A stretch of DNA of 64,000 nt, from positions 32,676,001 to 32,740,000 of the forward strand of contig NC_045696.1 in assembly GCF_009834535.1 (NCBI RefSeq), read 5' to 3'. The notes under the pieces are model-generated. The model was not told where the DNA came from, did no database searches, and saw only the letters and a program-made list of their open reading frames with translations. This document shows, in pieces, positions 27,412 through 41,200 of this stretch; position 1 is the first letter of the stretch, and every line of letters starts with the position of its first letter. The translations under genes and the position numbers were made by a program. Source of the stretch: Camelus ferus (lineage: Eukaryota).

Positions 27412-29944
27412 GAATATCAGCTTCAAAAAATAAAAAAACTATGGCTGAATATTTTAATTACTATACTCAAATTAGTATTTTATATTATCTTGAAAGTTCT
27501 CTATTGTGCTTTCAGTTCAGATAGTGTTGTAGAAATTATTATTTTTATTTTGTGTTTTGACTCTAAAGAATGAATTATTAGGTTTTACATTTGAGCTACA
27601 TTACAGTTGACTAAGTTGAAATCTTTTAAACTCTCTAAGGTATCTTTCAAAGAAGTCACCAGGAATATTAATAAAGCAGAGAAGAAAAATTGCTATAGAA
27701 ATATTTGGGCTCTGGAGAGCTGTTTTCTTTTATATTTAATTTCACTTCCTTGCTATGACTTCTTGGTTTTTGAAATATTAAAATGAGATAGTTTAAATAG
27801 ATGAGGGCAAAATCATTAATTTGCTTGTGATGAACATGGTTTTCATGGTCCTTCAGCAAGAAAAATGTCCAAGTAAGATACCACCAGTATTTTTGGAATG
27901 ATTTGTATTGATTTGCCTGCAAAGTTCATCATAAAATCTTTCTCACCACATTAATATCCTTCCTGGTGAAAACAGCTCTACTTTGGTGTCATTCATGTGA
28001 CTAGAATTACAAGCATCATAAGAGACATTTTGTGCTTAAATGTTGACTTTCTGTTTGTAAAAAGATGTTTGCCCTTTATGCCTACAAGTGAACAGTTATG
28101 TTTTGGGCCCAATTTTGACAGGTAGGCCATTCTTAAGTTTTGCCCTGAGTATAGCAAAAATAGGAATATCTACATGGTTGATTTTATTTTCACCTTACTC
28201 AGTATTTGCTAACATCTGACTAATGTTCAGTTATTTGACTCACTCTTAACTCCACATACTACTAGAAAAATGGAAAAGTATTCACATGCCAGTTTTTCAT
28301 TTATACTATTACGGCATATAAAATTTTAACAAATCTCATAGTGATAATAATTTAACGAGTTATCCATATCCAGATATGAATGTTCCAAATCTCCATTTTT
28401 AAGGTTATATTTAACTCTTCTACCACATAGTATTTAAACTTTAATTGATATTTTATAGAATTTCAGAAATTCATTTAGTTTTTCGAATCTCACATTTCCA
28501 CTGGCCTTAGAATTCATGTTTTACTTTTAAATACAGCTATTTTAACTTCTTATGAAAATGCTTTCATTTTTCAATATATCTTTTTAATGAGAAATTTAAA
28601 TGTAAAAAGAAAAAAGTAGTGAATATAAGTACTGCTGTGTTTACACCATGGATTAGAGAACTGAATTTTAGAAGCCAAGTGGCACACATACGTACTGTCC
28701 CGTCTGTTGTTCTCATGCACGCACATACAGACAGACAGAATTCTCTGCTTTACACCTCTCTCCTGGTATTGTTGTCTAGTGTTTTGCATAAAGTAGTTAT
28801 TTAATAACAATTTTTTGTTGGTGGAGATAAAGAAGAAGAAATGGACAAATCAGAGTGTCTCTGTAGGGCAAGTTAAGGAAGGATTTCATAGGATGTGTTG
28901 GGAGAAACCATCCACACTCGGACGTGCATTAATCACAGACAGTGTAACTTTGGGACCAAAATGTTGTCTAAATATGATCAAAGAATTTAAGAGGTAAAAG
29001 GGACTTTCTTATTAGAAAGGTAGATTTGTTCTTGTATGTGTGTGAGTTTTGGTTAGTGGGTAGGAAATGGAATGGAGAGGAAATAATCTTCATGGCTTGA
29101 ATTTGGGGGAAAAAAAAAAAGAAATCCCTGCATATTTTAACTACTCTCAGATTTTCAGCATTTTCAGGCTAATTAGCGAGACCATCCTTTTTTGAAAAGA
29201 TACTGTATCATTTGGCTTTCGGCACTCATTTGTACCGAGGTAGCCAGCAGTCACCAGGCAGCTCGTGGCTGTTGACACCACAGCAGACACCTCGCTTTGA
29301 TGTCTTCCTGATTCCCATGGATAAATCTGTTGCATGAGGCCTCCGTGCCTAAGTATTGAAATATAGCCCATTAACTCCATGGCGCTTCTGTCCTTTATAA
29401 TAAACACGCTTACAGTCCCCTTAAAATCAATTAGTTTTACATCATAGAAGTCTAGACTCTGAGGGTGTAATGTTCATCTTGTCTGCTTCCCTCCCAAACC
29501 CCAATAGAAAGCTGGGATTCTATTTGGCATAAAAATCCCTGCCTCCTGCTATCTGTGTTACTCAAGAAACTCTTGATGATAGAATCTCCCAATGAACCCA
29601 TGTCTATTATTTTAAAATATGATGCTGTTTTAAGATGAATAGTTTTTCTTTTTCTTTAACTTGTCTTAAATTATCTGTTTGTTAAAAATGTACTTTTGAT
29701 TATTGCAGCATAGACCAGAGTAGTAAGAATTAAAAGCTAGTTGTTAAAACCATGTGAAATGATTTCTGGATCACGTAGAATTGTCCATCTTGAGTATCTT
29801 ACTGATGATTGCAAATAGTTTCCTTCTATCAAGTTGATACTTGATTTCTTCCCATAGGATCCACTTACACCTGTTACAGTCTATTCATAAAGAGCATGTA
29901 TTATTCCTCTGCCCATGACAATCCTTCCACTACATAAAAACTAC

Positions 29945-30200
29945 TTTTTTCCCAAGCATCTTATCTTTCTAAGTTAGACATCCCCAGTTGCTTTAACATT
30001 TCCTTGTCATCCTGTTCATCATTGAACACCCTCTTCCCTCGTCCTTTTTTAAATTACCTTAAAAATGTGACGTCCTAGATTATATACAACTTTCACATGT
30101 TGTCTGCACAATGGACAAGGGACTATAACTGCCCTGTTCAGGCCCACATAGGACACTCCCAAAAATGTGGCCTAAAATTGAATGAACTTTTTTAGTTTTA
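29945..30200 (-). mobile_element. L3/CR1 LINE fragment
   Basis: tcttatctttctaagttagacatccccagttgctttaac...ccttaaaaatgtgacgtcctagattatatacaac...caagggactataactgccc. Confidence 0.6.
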
Positions 30201-31969
30201 TCTCATTATTTCATTATGTATTGACTTTATTGCTGATTAAAATACTTATAAACAACCTTCTATCTACAGTATATATTTATTTAGTTGTGTGTATTTTTTT
30301 TAATCAAAGGAGTGATTTTACAGGTTTGGGGATAGTCATCTGGCTGGATTCAACCAAATACTTGATAATGCATGAATGTGAATATATTTTTAGCTTTTTT
30401 TTTTCATTATTTTCAACTTTATGTCATTCTTAGTATTTACCCAGGCCCTCCCTCTATGGTGTCATTTATTTCTCCAGATGCAGTGAGAGCTGGTTGGTAC
30501 AAAGAGATAAGCACAACAGGGAATAGAAGCTATTTTACATGAACATGATTGGGGGAATGACCTCAAATTATAGAATAAATATTTACTGAAGATTTATTGT
30601 GCTGTGTTAAGGTAAACTAAGAGTGGAATTAAAATGATTAAAAGAAACACAGTGAATCCCTCGTCTTAAGAAATGTTTTATACAGATTACAGGAAAATAT
30701 ATACATAAAATAAGAGACTATTTTTGAGCAAATATGTTGCAAATTCAAAAGGGTGATATGCATGACTGAGTGATAAAGGATGGGCACTAAGGAGATATTC
30801 TGAACAGGATGTGAGTAGCTACACAAAGCATCCTTGAAGAGTTGATGTTTACATATATAAAAGAAATGATCAAGGACAAGACTTCCAAAAAATGTGGTGT
30901 GATGAAATAGTGATCTTCCCATTACTGGAGACAGACAAGCAGCATCTGATTAATCATATTTCTGATGGTTGTAGTGGGAATTCATGAATTTTCTGCCGAG
31001 TCTGCTACCTGATCTCTGCCTTTTTTCTACCTTTAATACCCTATGACAAAGAGAGTAAAAAATAAATTTTTTAAAGAAAACATTACTTTCTATACCTACA
31101 TCTGCACTTAGATATCTCGAAAAAATCAGAAACAAAGTCTAGCCTCACAGGAGCTTACCAGAAATGAAAGGATAATGCAGAAGGATGTTAGACAATGATT
31201 TGCCATACTACCTGGAATTGACAAGAAGTCCTGTCTGAGAGATCCATGCAGGCCAATAATGTCAGATCAGTTTTCTTTGAGAGGTGGGAATCGAGTGGTG
31301 CTTTGAAAGCAGAGAACAGGAGGAAGATTGATGTCACAGGGGAGATGTTCAGTAAGCAGTGAGCCAGGAAACAGAAAGTAACAGATGAGTGAAGGGAGTG
31401 AGACCACCACCTTTGTGGGCATCTCATCCTAGTTCAGGACCTTATTCATTTATTCAGTCTAAGGGACTTAGCTAATCCCAGAAGTTGTGAAGGTCCCAGG
31501 CTATTTCTAGAGTGGTACCTTTTAACTAGTGCTGGCTCATGGTTCCAATTTCATGCTGATTGTTAACTAGTTTCCATACCTTTCATTTCCTACTAATACT
31601 AATCCTTGGGGTACTTACCCTTCATCATCCTACATACCATGTCAGACCAGTCCTCTAAAAATACTGCTGTGCTTAACAATCCATAATGATGGTCAGTAGT
31701 CCATGTCTGTTCCATATAGCCTGATAATAAATTTCATTCCTAATAGTATTGCTAATAGTTATTTACTGAAGATTTAACATGTACAAGGAACTGACCAGAT
31801 ATTTTCCATGCATTATCTCTTAATTCTCATAAAAATCCCTATGAAATTGGCAACTTAACCTTGGCACACATGGTCTAGTGTTTGTGTGATGCCTGTATCA
31901 GTTCATTGATTCATTTACTCATTCAACAAATATGTATTAAATGTGCATTATGTGTTGAATACTAGCATA

Positions 31970-32181
31970 AGATGGTAGATCTCAACTGAGGAGAGTTTTG
32001 CCCCCTAAGAGACATTTGGCAATGTCTGGAGATATTTTTGTTACACCTGAGAGGAATGGCTATTGACAACTGTTGAGTAGAGGTCAGGGATGCCACTAAA
32101 CCTGTCAGGCAAAGAGCAGCCCCCCACAACAAAAGATCATCTGGTACCACGTGTCCATCATGCTGAGGCTGAGAAACCATG
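31970..32181 (+). mobile_element. MER20 (hAT-Charlie) nested in an antisense L2 (~31905-32600)
   Basis: ctcaactgaggagagttttgccccctaagagacatttggcaatgtctggagatatttttg...gagtagaggtcagggatgccactaaac...tgctgaggctgagaaacc. Confidence 0.9.
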
Positions 32182-35100
32182 ATGTCAGGTTAACAGATAT
32201 AATGCCTAACAAATCAGACACATTTCTTCCCTTGTAGAACTTATGTCATTAGTTTGGGAGGCAGATATAAAATCAATAACCACTAAATTAAATATATAGA
32301 TATTAAATGTGATAAATCAATGGAAAATAATATATAGGGTGCTGTAAAAGAAGAAAGCTGGAGGGGTTAATTTAGATTCTGTTGGAGGGAAGTGTCAGGG
32401 AAACCTTTTTAGAAAGCAATATTTAAACTGAAATCTAATGGAAAAGTAAGAGTTCACAAGGCTAAGCATGTGCAGAGGATCTGAAGAGAGAAGGAGCATC
32501 ACATATCGAAGAGTAGGAGAAAAGCCAGTGGGAATGGACCAGAGTAAACTGGGTGTGTGTGGTGAGAGATGAGGCCAATCTCTGGTTGCCTTATGTATGT
32601 AAGTCTTTTCTCTCTAATAAGTTTGCAGATTCCCAGGAGGAGAACATGACAAATACAGTATTTATTTTCTATACTATGGAGCACCTTGAACAATATTGGG
32701 ACATAATAGGTACACAATAACCTTGCTAACTCGACTTATGCATTTTTCCAGGGAATCCAATTTCTAGATTGTATTATGCCTGTTTCCACTTTGGGGGAAT
32801 CGTAGGGCCTTTGACAATCTTTCCGATTAATTCAGGGATTGCTTCCCATCTCAGACCCAGCCTGACCGCTGCCATTTGTCAGGGAGTCACTGTGTCTGTA
32901 GGCTGCCTGGGGCTGCACTGAGCTTTTTATATAACCACTATTAGGAAATCACTTGCTGACAGCTGGCCTTGTTTTTGGAATTTGAATAAAAACCATAGGT
33001 TTTGTTATTCTTCCTGAAAAATTCTTAAGTACCATTCCTCTCTACTGAATATTTGTAAATTGTTTAAATAGTAAGACAAATAGTCACTTGGCTACATGAA
33101 GAATTCAGATGATTTGTAAGACCCTCAATTACCATAATCCATTTAATATCAGCAGTAAGTTAACATAAATACTCATAAAATACTTTAAGATATAGTAAAG
33201 AAAAGAAAAACCCTTTGGAATCTGAGATTTTCTTGTGAAAAATTTTCAATTACTATTAACATGGGAGGATGAATTTTTCAAAGGCCCTTGTTAGACACAG
33301 GGAAATGTCCTAAAAAGAATACTTTTGATCCATTCAAAATACTCCCTGAATTTACATTCTATTTTATAAAGGAAGTGAAGGTGTCAGTGTGGATTAGTGA
33401 AATTACGAACATCCTTCATGTTTCTAGAAAATGAGTAATACATACTTTTAAAAATCATTTTAAATAAAAGTTAAGAGAATCATCTTTGGCTGAAGTGGAA
33501 TTTTGATGAAATTTCTTTCAGAGAAAAGATAAAGGGCTGATCTTTAAAATTTCATAAAAGGAATAACCTGTTTCTATTGTAACAGGTAAATAAAATACCT
33601 CTATGAACAGCTATATACCCCATACACAATTGATCTCTAGCAACTTAAGTATGCTGAGCTTAATGTTTTGTGAGATTATTTTCTTCAATGTTTCTTAGTG
33701 TATCTAGCATATAGTCAGTGCTCTGTGTGCTCCGTGTTTATTGAATGACAGGGTGAATAAATAATTATAAAAGGCCTAATTGTGTCATATATACCATGCA
33801 ATATAAATTGACAAATGGTGTGTATATACACCCATATACATACACACACAGCATTTTACGTATCATTTTACTAGGACTTTGCTTTAGGCAATATTTAAAT
33901 TTAGAGAAATGCAAAAATCTCTCCCTAATTATCACTCGCTCTTTTTTCGTTCTATTGATTTATGAATCGCTTGCTTTCTGGAGTTAGCATGATATTCTTC
34001 CAAGGCTGCAAAAATGGTGCAAACTTATCAAAAGGGCAGTTCCAGCTCATGTTCCTTTGGCCTCTTGCCACTCAGGGAATAAAGTTCCTGGTAGAGAACT
34101 GTGTAATTACTTCAGAGAATACTGATGTTTGAAGGAGTAAAGAAGGAACAAAATATATGAAAAATTCATGGTCCTTCATTGGCATGCATACTGTTCTTCG
34201 ATTTCCATCAGACAGTAAATGAGAAGAACCTGAAGTCTTGTTTGTGTTAACAGGGCTCTTTTAGATGCTGGACAGCCCCTGTAAATAAACGCTCAGCGTG
34301 TCATGAAAAATTCTACCACTGCATACAAAAATAGACTTTGTCACATTGGGTCCGAAATATAGGTAGTGATTTTCATGACTGGCCACTGATAATAAAAAAT
34401 TTACATTAATAACGAACGCATGGAAGAGAAGATGCATCATGAGTGAATGTTACCATATAGGGTCCAGAGGCAGGTGTGAGATTTACAGTTCATTAGGCAT
34501 GCTGATTACATTCAGAATTAAATTAATAGAGATAAGAAGGATATCAATTTTTGCAAGTATATTTGGGAAAGCACATTCTACCTAATTTTTAAGCTAAGTG
34601 CTGCAAGTGAGGTTGAAGAATTTTCCATCTATAACAAAATTTAATGAACATACTGAATTGCAGTGCAGATTTAGTGGCATACATTAAATATGAAGCTTTC
34701 TCTAAATGATAATCTTTAAGTCATATATATATGAATGAGAGGCAGTGTATGATTTATGACATTAAAATAGCATAGCATGTTAGAACTGAAAGTAACCTTA
34801 GAAATCATCTAAAACTGGCTGCTTCATTTTGCAGGTGATGGAACTGATACCAGTGGAGTCAAATGAGTCCTCAAATTTTCATGATAAATTTCTGAAAGTT
34901 TTTAAAATTATTTTTTCCTACTCTACCAATCTGTTTAGCCTCTTATTATCACAGAAAAAAAACTAAATATCTTTTGCTTATAGGATTCCCAATTAAGTTC
35001 TGGTCCATTTCTTCTTATTAATTAATTTAGTAATTTCCAGGTTAAGATCATTGCAAAAACATAGCAGTGGACTTCTGCAAATACCTGATTTATCTCGTGT

Positions 35101-37669
35101 CAATGGTGTGTTTTTGCAAGTTGAGAAAAGTGTGGTAGAGACCTCAACATGCATTTTGCAATGTGTAAGAGACAGGCATTTTTATTTAGCTGTTGATCTG
35201 TTACTTTTAGCCAGGAAGCAAGGAATGTGCTTTGGTTTGCTTTTCTCACAGCTTCATTCCTCATGTGTCTCAGAGTGACACAAATAGACAGGCTGACAAC
35301 AGATTTATTACCTAAAGCTCAGCTGAAAAATTAAATGATACAGCTAAAAGTCACAGTCTGCCTCAGCATCCACTTACCATTATAGGAGTGAGTGAGCACT
35401 AAAAATGTCGAATAATAAAGTGGTGAAAGTACTTGGTAGAAAAAGAAATTGGGCATAAATCGTTAATTTGATCAGTCTTGACTAACTGACCAGAATAGGA
35501 CAATAATTCTTTAAAAATCTGTCCATCTTTAAATTCTTTGCCTTTCTAAATAGAGGGAAATCTAGTCCTTTCTAGTAATCTATTAGATTATCTCCCCACA
35601 TTTTTACAAAGTGATAGTATTTTTTAATAGAAATTTTCCATATTTCCTTAGATTATCTGTTGAACATTACAGGAAGCTTGTTCCAGCTAAGGGATGTATG
35701 AAGGTGTTCATCAAACTGAATTTAGAGACCAAAAGAATGTTAATTTACATCTTTTCAGATGACACTGAATATATTGAATGCATAATTTAAGATAGCTAAA
35801 AAATCATTTATACAGTAAAAATTGCAAGAACACTACATATTTTTATTTTGTACTTAATTTCATCATAATTTCTGAAATTAGATTGACTCCAAAGTTTCAT
35901 TTAAAATAAAAGCCAAATTCATATTCTGTATTTAGTACAAAGAAGATCTTGAATTTCGCCTTATTAAAGGTAGTTTTGCATGTCTTTCTTTTGTATTGTT
36001 TCAAAAGGAGCATTTAATGACTCTTGTGTCCTTTGTTATTTAATTTCCACAATCATGGTAGAGTTATAAGAAAATAAAAGTATCTTCAAGTCTAGGAAAT
36101 TTTGGTTGGTGGGAACAACATGACCAAATGTAAAACTAATCTCATGTCTTACTGAATATGTGCCAACGCCTTCTCTTTTTTATGATTAAGTGAAAAAACC
36201 AGAAACCCCCAAAAAGTTATTTAGAAAGAGCTGCAGGGTTCAGTATCTCAGTGTACTTATGCAGTGTGGGTGAGATTATATGAACAGAATAAAACTGTTT
36301 TTACTCGAAGTGCCACTTAGACAACAAGTGTATATGATCATAGAATATATTTTAGGAGGAAATACATCCTAAATCGTTGAACTTTTCTATTTTTTTTTCC
36401 AGGGGTGAACAAAAAAGGTAGAGTTGAGAGGTTGAAAGATATTTTTGACAGCTCACTATTCCATCTAAAAGCCTCAAAATTCCCTAATGTATTTATTCGG
36501 AATTACCTCACACGATATTGTTCTTTATGGTTGTCTGATTTGCTTATATGATGCTCTCCCTGTTTTAAGTTAAAATCAGTGTGAATGCAGTAGAGCTGGG
36601 TGAGTCTTTTGATGAATAGAACCATTAGTGGAAATCTAATAACTTCACACTGATCCTGCTCCACTTATTTTTGTGCTTTCTTTTAAAATTATACCAGTTT
36701 ATATTTTCAAGATTACATGAAAAATAAAACGTAAAGCTAAAGTTTGCTTTCCAAATTATGACTGATTTATCCTTTGTGACTCTGAAGGTCAAATTCTTTG
36801 ACTGAATAGTTACAGTAATATTCAACATGACAAAATGCTCAGATTGCCCAGGACAATAAAGAACCAGCCTGGTATCAGTAGGAAAACTGTCTTTTTTTTA
36901 TATTTTCAGCTGCATCCTTGATTCCCTCAGTTATAGAGAAAACAGTGGACATGTTAGCAGAACCCAGATGTCCTAATTTACTGTCTTTCTTTTTACTCCT
37001 GCAAGAGGTCTCTTAGAGAATAAACCCTTTGAATAAGTAATCACTGTACTTTTTCCATCTGTGATAATATTAGTGGGTCTGTGTGTGCTTGTGTGTCTTG
37101 TGTGCTATAGCAGAGAGCTGCTCTCCTCAGCAAACCCTAGGAATCATTTCTCCTGAATATAACTAGAGAAATATGATATAATATGTTCACACCTATTTGC
37201 AGACCAACCCTAACATTTGCAAGGTGTGGACCAAGAGAACAAATGGAAACCTACATACAGTAGGTCTTAATATTTAAAAATACAAATCATGCTAATAAAC
37301 TATAAATTAAAATATTTTTGAATCGATTACCTTGACATTTGCATTGCCCTAAAGATCTGGAAGCATTGATTTCCATTTAGGATACTTGGATTCTTTGAAT
37401 TCTCCACTTAACATGGTGATGCACACAGAGCTGTACCTGGTCCCTGGCCACTCACTTTCTACCCTAGATTTCTCTTGTGTAAGAGAAATCTTTGCTTTAA
37501 AGTGTGGACACCCCAAATCACATGTCAACTCTGCATTCACACCTTAAAGACAATTGCCTATTAGTTTAACAGTGGGCAAACCAGAAGAGAGACCCATTTA
37601 TGTTCTGAAATGGCTGGAAAACATTTGGACAGCTAGCTCCAGAGTCTTGTGTGCCTAGAACATAATCAG

Positions 37670-37830
37670 GAGCTTGCTATTCAAAACAGCCCCCTACAAG
37701 CAGAAATGGTAAAACCAGGGATCTTGCTGGAAATGAAGAATCTGCACCTCAAAATTATTCAGTCAGAATCCTCATTTTAAAGGATCCTCAGTGAGCCCTG
37801 TATGCATCTGTGTTTGAGACCCGTTGGTCT
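37670..37830 (+). mobile_element. MER5-type element, possibly nested in an older DNA-transposon remnant starting ~37200
   Basis: ccagggatcttgctggaaatgaagaatct...agtcagaatcctcattttaaaggatcctcagtga...tgtttgaga. Confidence 0.55.
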
Positions 37831-39544
37831 AAAAGATGGCAGTGTGTGTGTCATAGGGGCACATCCCCTTTGCCTCTCAGATTGTTCTCCCTGTGATATC
37901 ACAAACTTCCAAATCTAGGTTGTAAGATACATAAAGACATGTCTTAGCACCTCTGTAGCAAATGGCTGCTTGGGGTTTTTTTTTTTTTTTTTTTGATGAA
38001 ATTACAGACTAAAGACATGCTCCCACAGAATAATTCAAATACACTGTGCAATTCAGATATCCTATCTCATACTGATAGAGAATAATGTTTTTTATAGGAG
38101 GCCTCAGTTTAAACAATCACATGATTTTATTTGGCTATAGAGATTTAAACATAAATTTATTATGATTCGTTTTCTCCTTAAAGGCATAAGCTCAAGTTCT
38201 TCTCTATACATGTAAATATGTACATTCTGCTACATGACGTATATAAGCAGCTGTTGATTATAGCCCAAATGCTGGCTGCATAAATTCACAGATTACAATA
38301 CAGTTCCTTCTATTTAGCATCTAATATATTTCTAACATCGAAGACTACAGTTGAAGTTTACATTGGTGCTTTCTAAAATTTTAGTTTTACCTCAAGTCTT
38401 TCTTCAGTTTCTGCCAACATTAATCACGTGCATATTGAAAAAAATAAAAACGATGGCTATGCTTGCAGTCTCAGTTGCCTTACATGTACTTGTAAAGTAA
38501 CGACAACAGTTGGTATCCTTAAAATGTTAGTAAATTTTTAATTAAATATTTAGAAATATATCTTCAACATATATCTTTATGGCTTATGTGATTAGTGACA
38601 CTGTTTTTGATGATGAACATTAACTTCTATACCAAGAAGAATTAATATTAGAGGGCTAGCAATATTTGGCCTTAAATTATTTATGGATTATGGTCACTAA
38701 TAACTTAAAATATTAAAATCTTTAAATCACTTAATGTTCATTTTATATAATCAAGTATGATACCAAAAATTTGGTTTTGAAAATTTTAATTTGGTGTCAA
38801 ATATATCATCAAATAACCCTCAGCTGAATTAAAATAGCATTGTATATCATACAGTAAAAAAAATACATATATATTTGATAATTACATTTACTAGGTCAAC
38901 TGAATTTCAGCATCATTAATTATGATTATTTACCTATAGACTAGAACATTCAAAATGATTTATAGTTGGGAAACTTAAATGAATGCCATTATAATAAGTC
39001 AAATGTAATTATTCCAGCCAATGTTTATTTTATTAATAATGTTAACAATCTTCTTTAACTTTATATAAGTTAGGAGACATGCAAACAAAGAAATGAAAGA
39101 TTATGGATATAAAAATAATAATGGTGAAAAAGAAGTAATTAAAATTGTGGTAAGGAAAAAGAATGATAGAATGGATTTCTGTTTTGTGTAAGAATGAAAG
39201 ATTTGTTAAAAATAATATAATTCAAGAGGAAATAAAGGACATTTGGATGAAATGTATATAAAGGATGTATATAAATGTTATGATTGGTTAGTAAATAATA
39301 TTGATGTGTTTTATTTTTTTCTAATTCTTGGAAGAGGAAGACAATCCAAAGCAAAATAAACCAGTGTGCCAATGTGAGAACATACAATTAAAATGTGTGA
39401 ATGACTTAGATATGCATAGTTCTCTTCTTGTTTCAGCTTCAATAGTCTTGGATTCCTCAGCTTGATTTTACAGAATGCTAGCAGTTCTAAAACATAGGAA
39501 CTCGTAGACCATGAGCCTCAAGTAGGCACCAGGTGTATACATTT

Positions 39545-40310
39545 CACTCAAAACTCAATGATAAGACAAACACCCCATTTGAAAATATGTAAAAGATTTG
39601 GACAGTTACTTTAGCAAAAAAGATACATGATGGTAAAGAGGCAAATGAATAGATTCTTCACGTCATTTGTCAGTAGGAAAATGCAAATTGCAACCAGAGT
39701 GAAATACCATTACATACCTATTATAATATCCTAAATGAGCATAGCAAGTGTTGGTGAATGTCTGGAGGAAAGTGGAACTCCCATAACCTACTACTGGGAA
39801 TGAAAAATGCTATAACCTCTTTGGCAAACCATTTGGAAGATTTTAAAAATTAAACACTCTTATCATATGGTCCAAGTTTTTCACTCCTAGGAAATTACCC
39901 AGGAGAAACAAAAACACTTTCATGACAAGACTTGGATATAAATCTTTATTACAACCATACTTGTAATAGTCAAGAATTATAAACAACCCAAATGGAGGAG
40001 GAGAATGGATAAACAAATTGTGGCATACTCATACAAAGAAATACTACTCAGCAATGCAAAGGAAAGATCTGAGAATGAGTGCAACAACATGGATGAATCT
40101 CAGCTTACTAAGTTGAGTGAAAGAATCTTGACAAAATAGAGCACATGTTATATGATTCAATTTATAAGATTCTGGAAAACAACTATAACAGAAAGATCAG
40201 TGGTGCCTGGGGATAAATGTAGAGGTAGGGAAAGGCAGGAGGGTGGTGTTAAATTGCAGGCTTTAAATATGTACAATTTATTGTATGTAATTTTTGTATT
40301 TCAAGCTATT
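39545..40310 (+). mobile_element. Old L1 (L1MD/L1ME type) ORF2 C-terminus and 3' UTR
   Basis: aaatgcaaattgcaaccagagtgaaataccattacatacc...gcaagtgttggtga...aaacaacccaaatg...gaatggataaacaaattgtggc...aacaacatggatgaatctc. Confidence 0.85.
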
Positions 40311-40529
40311 TTAGAAAATACTACAAAGATAAAATCATGAAAAGTTGGGCACCAATACAAAAACAGTAAAACATAATGTAGCTCAACATTCTGTATTTAT
40401 ATGTAGTAAATGTGTATGTATGTGTGTTTATAAATATATATATATATGTGTGTGTCTATGTAAGTGTAGATATATGAGCATAAATGCATGTGTGTGTAGA
40501 GAGAGGAGAGTTAAGTATAAAATGAAGTT

Positions 40530-41200
40530 AAAGTAGAGGCATCATAGAGGACAGCTAAGGTGAAGCAGTTCAGGACAGCTGACTGGAGCAGAGATTATCA
40601 AGAGTTAGTGAGGACAGAATAAATAGGTACAGAAAGACAAGTTGAGACTAGATTGGCAAATGATATAGATTTTTCATTGAAAATAAGGAATTGCTGGGTC
40701 ATGACATGTTTAGAGCTGTTCTTTAGGAATTTCTAAGATGTGAGGTATAGATTTGATTAAAAAAAAGATACTGAAAATGAGCAGATCATTTATGAAGCAA
40801 TTATAAAAGGGGTAGGAAGAACCAATAAAATCCAACTGTGCTTAAAGATAGGGCCTGTGAAGAATGTGAAGATGAATAAGACATGAGTCTTCTTCCCAGA
40901 GTCACGCATATGAAATACGAGTATAAAGTTATTTATGAAGTAATGGGAAGCTTGCTAGGATAGGGACAACAGGAAAGGAAAAACAGAGAAGGTTCTGAAA
41001 AATAATTGGAAAGTACAGCATTTACATATGATTGGATCTGGACAAAAAGAGAAGCCAAGAGATGACTGAGGTTCTTTGCTGACAGTCTCTGAAGTGTGAT
41101 ACAAGGGAAATGTGACAGGCAGTTGATTAGAAAGGAGTTGCTTCATGCTTTTCTACTATAGGAGAGGAAATAAGAGAACGGAGATAGTAGAGCCTTCTCA
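40530..41200 (-). mobile_element. Decayed L2 fragment
   Basis: Purine-rich tract with catgacatgtttagagctgttctttagg and aagagatgactgaggtttc-like L2 motifs. Confidence 0.5.
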
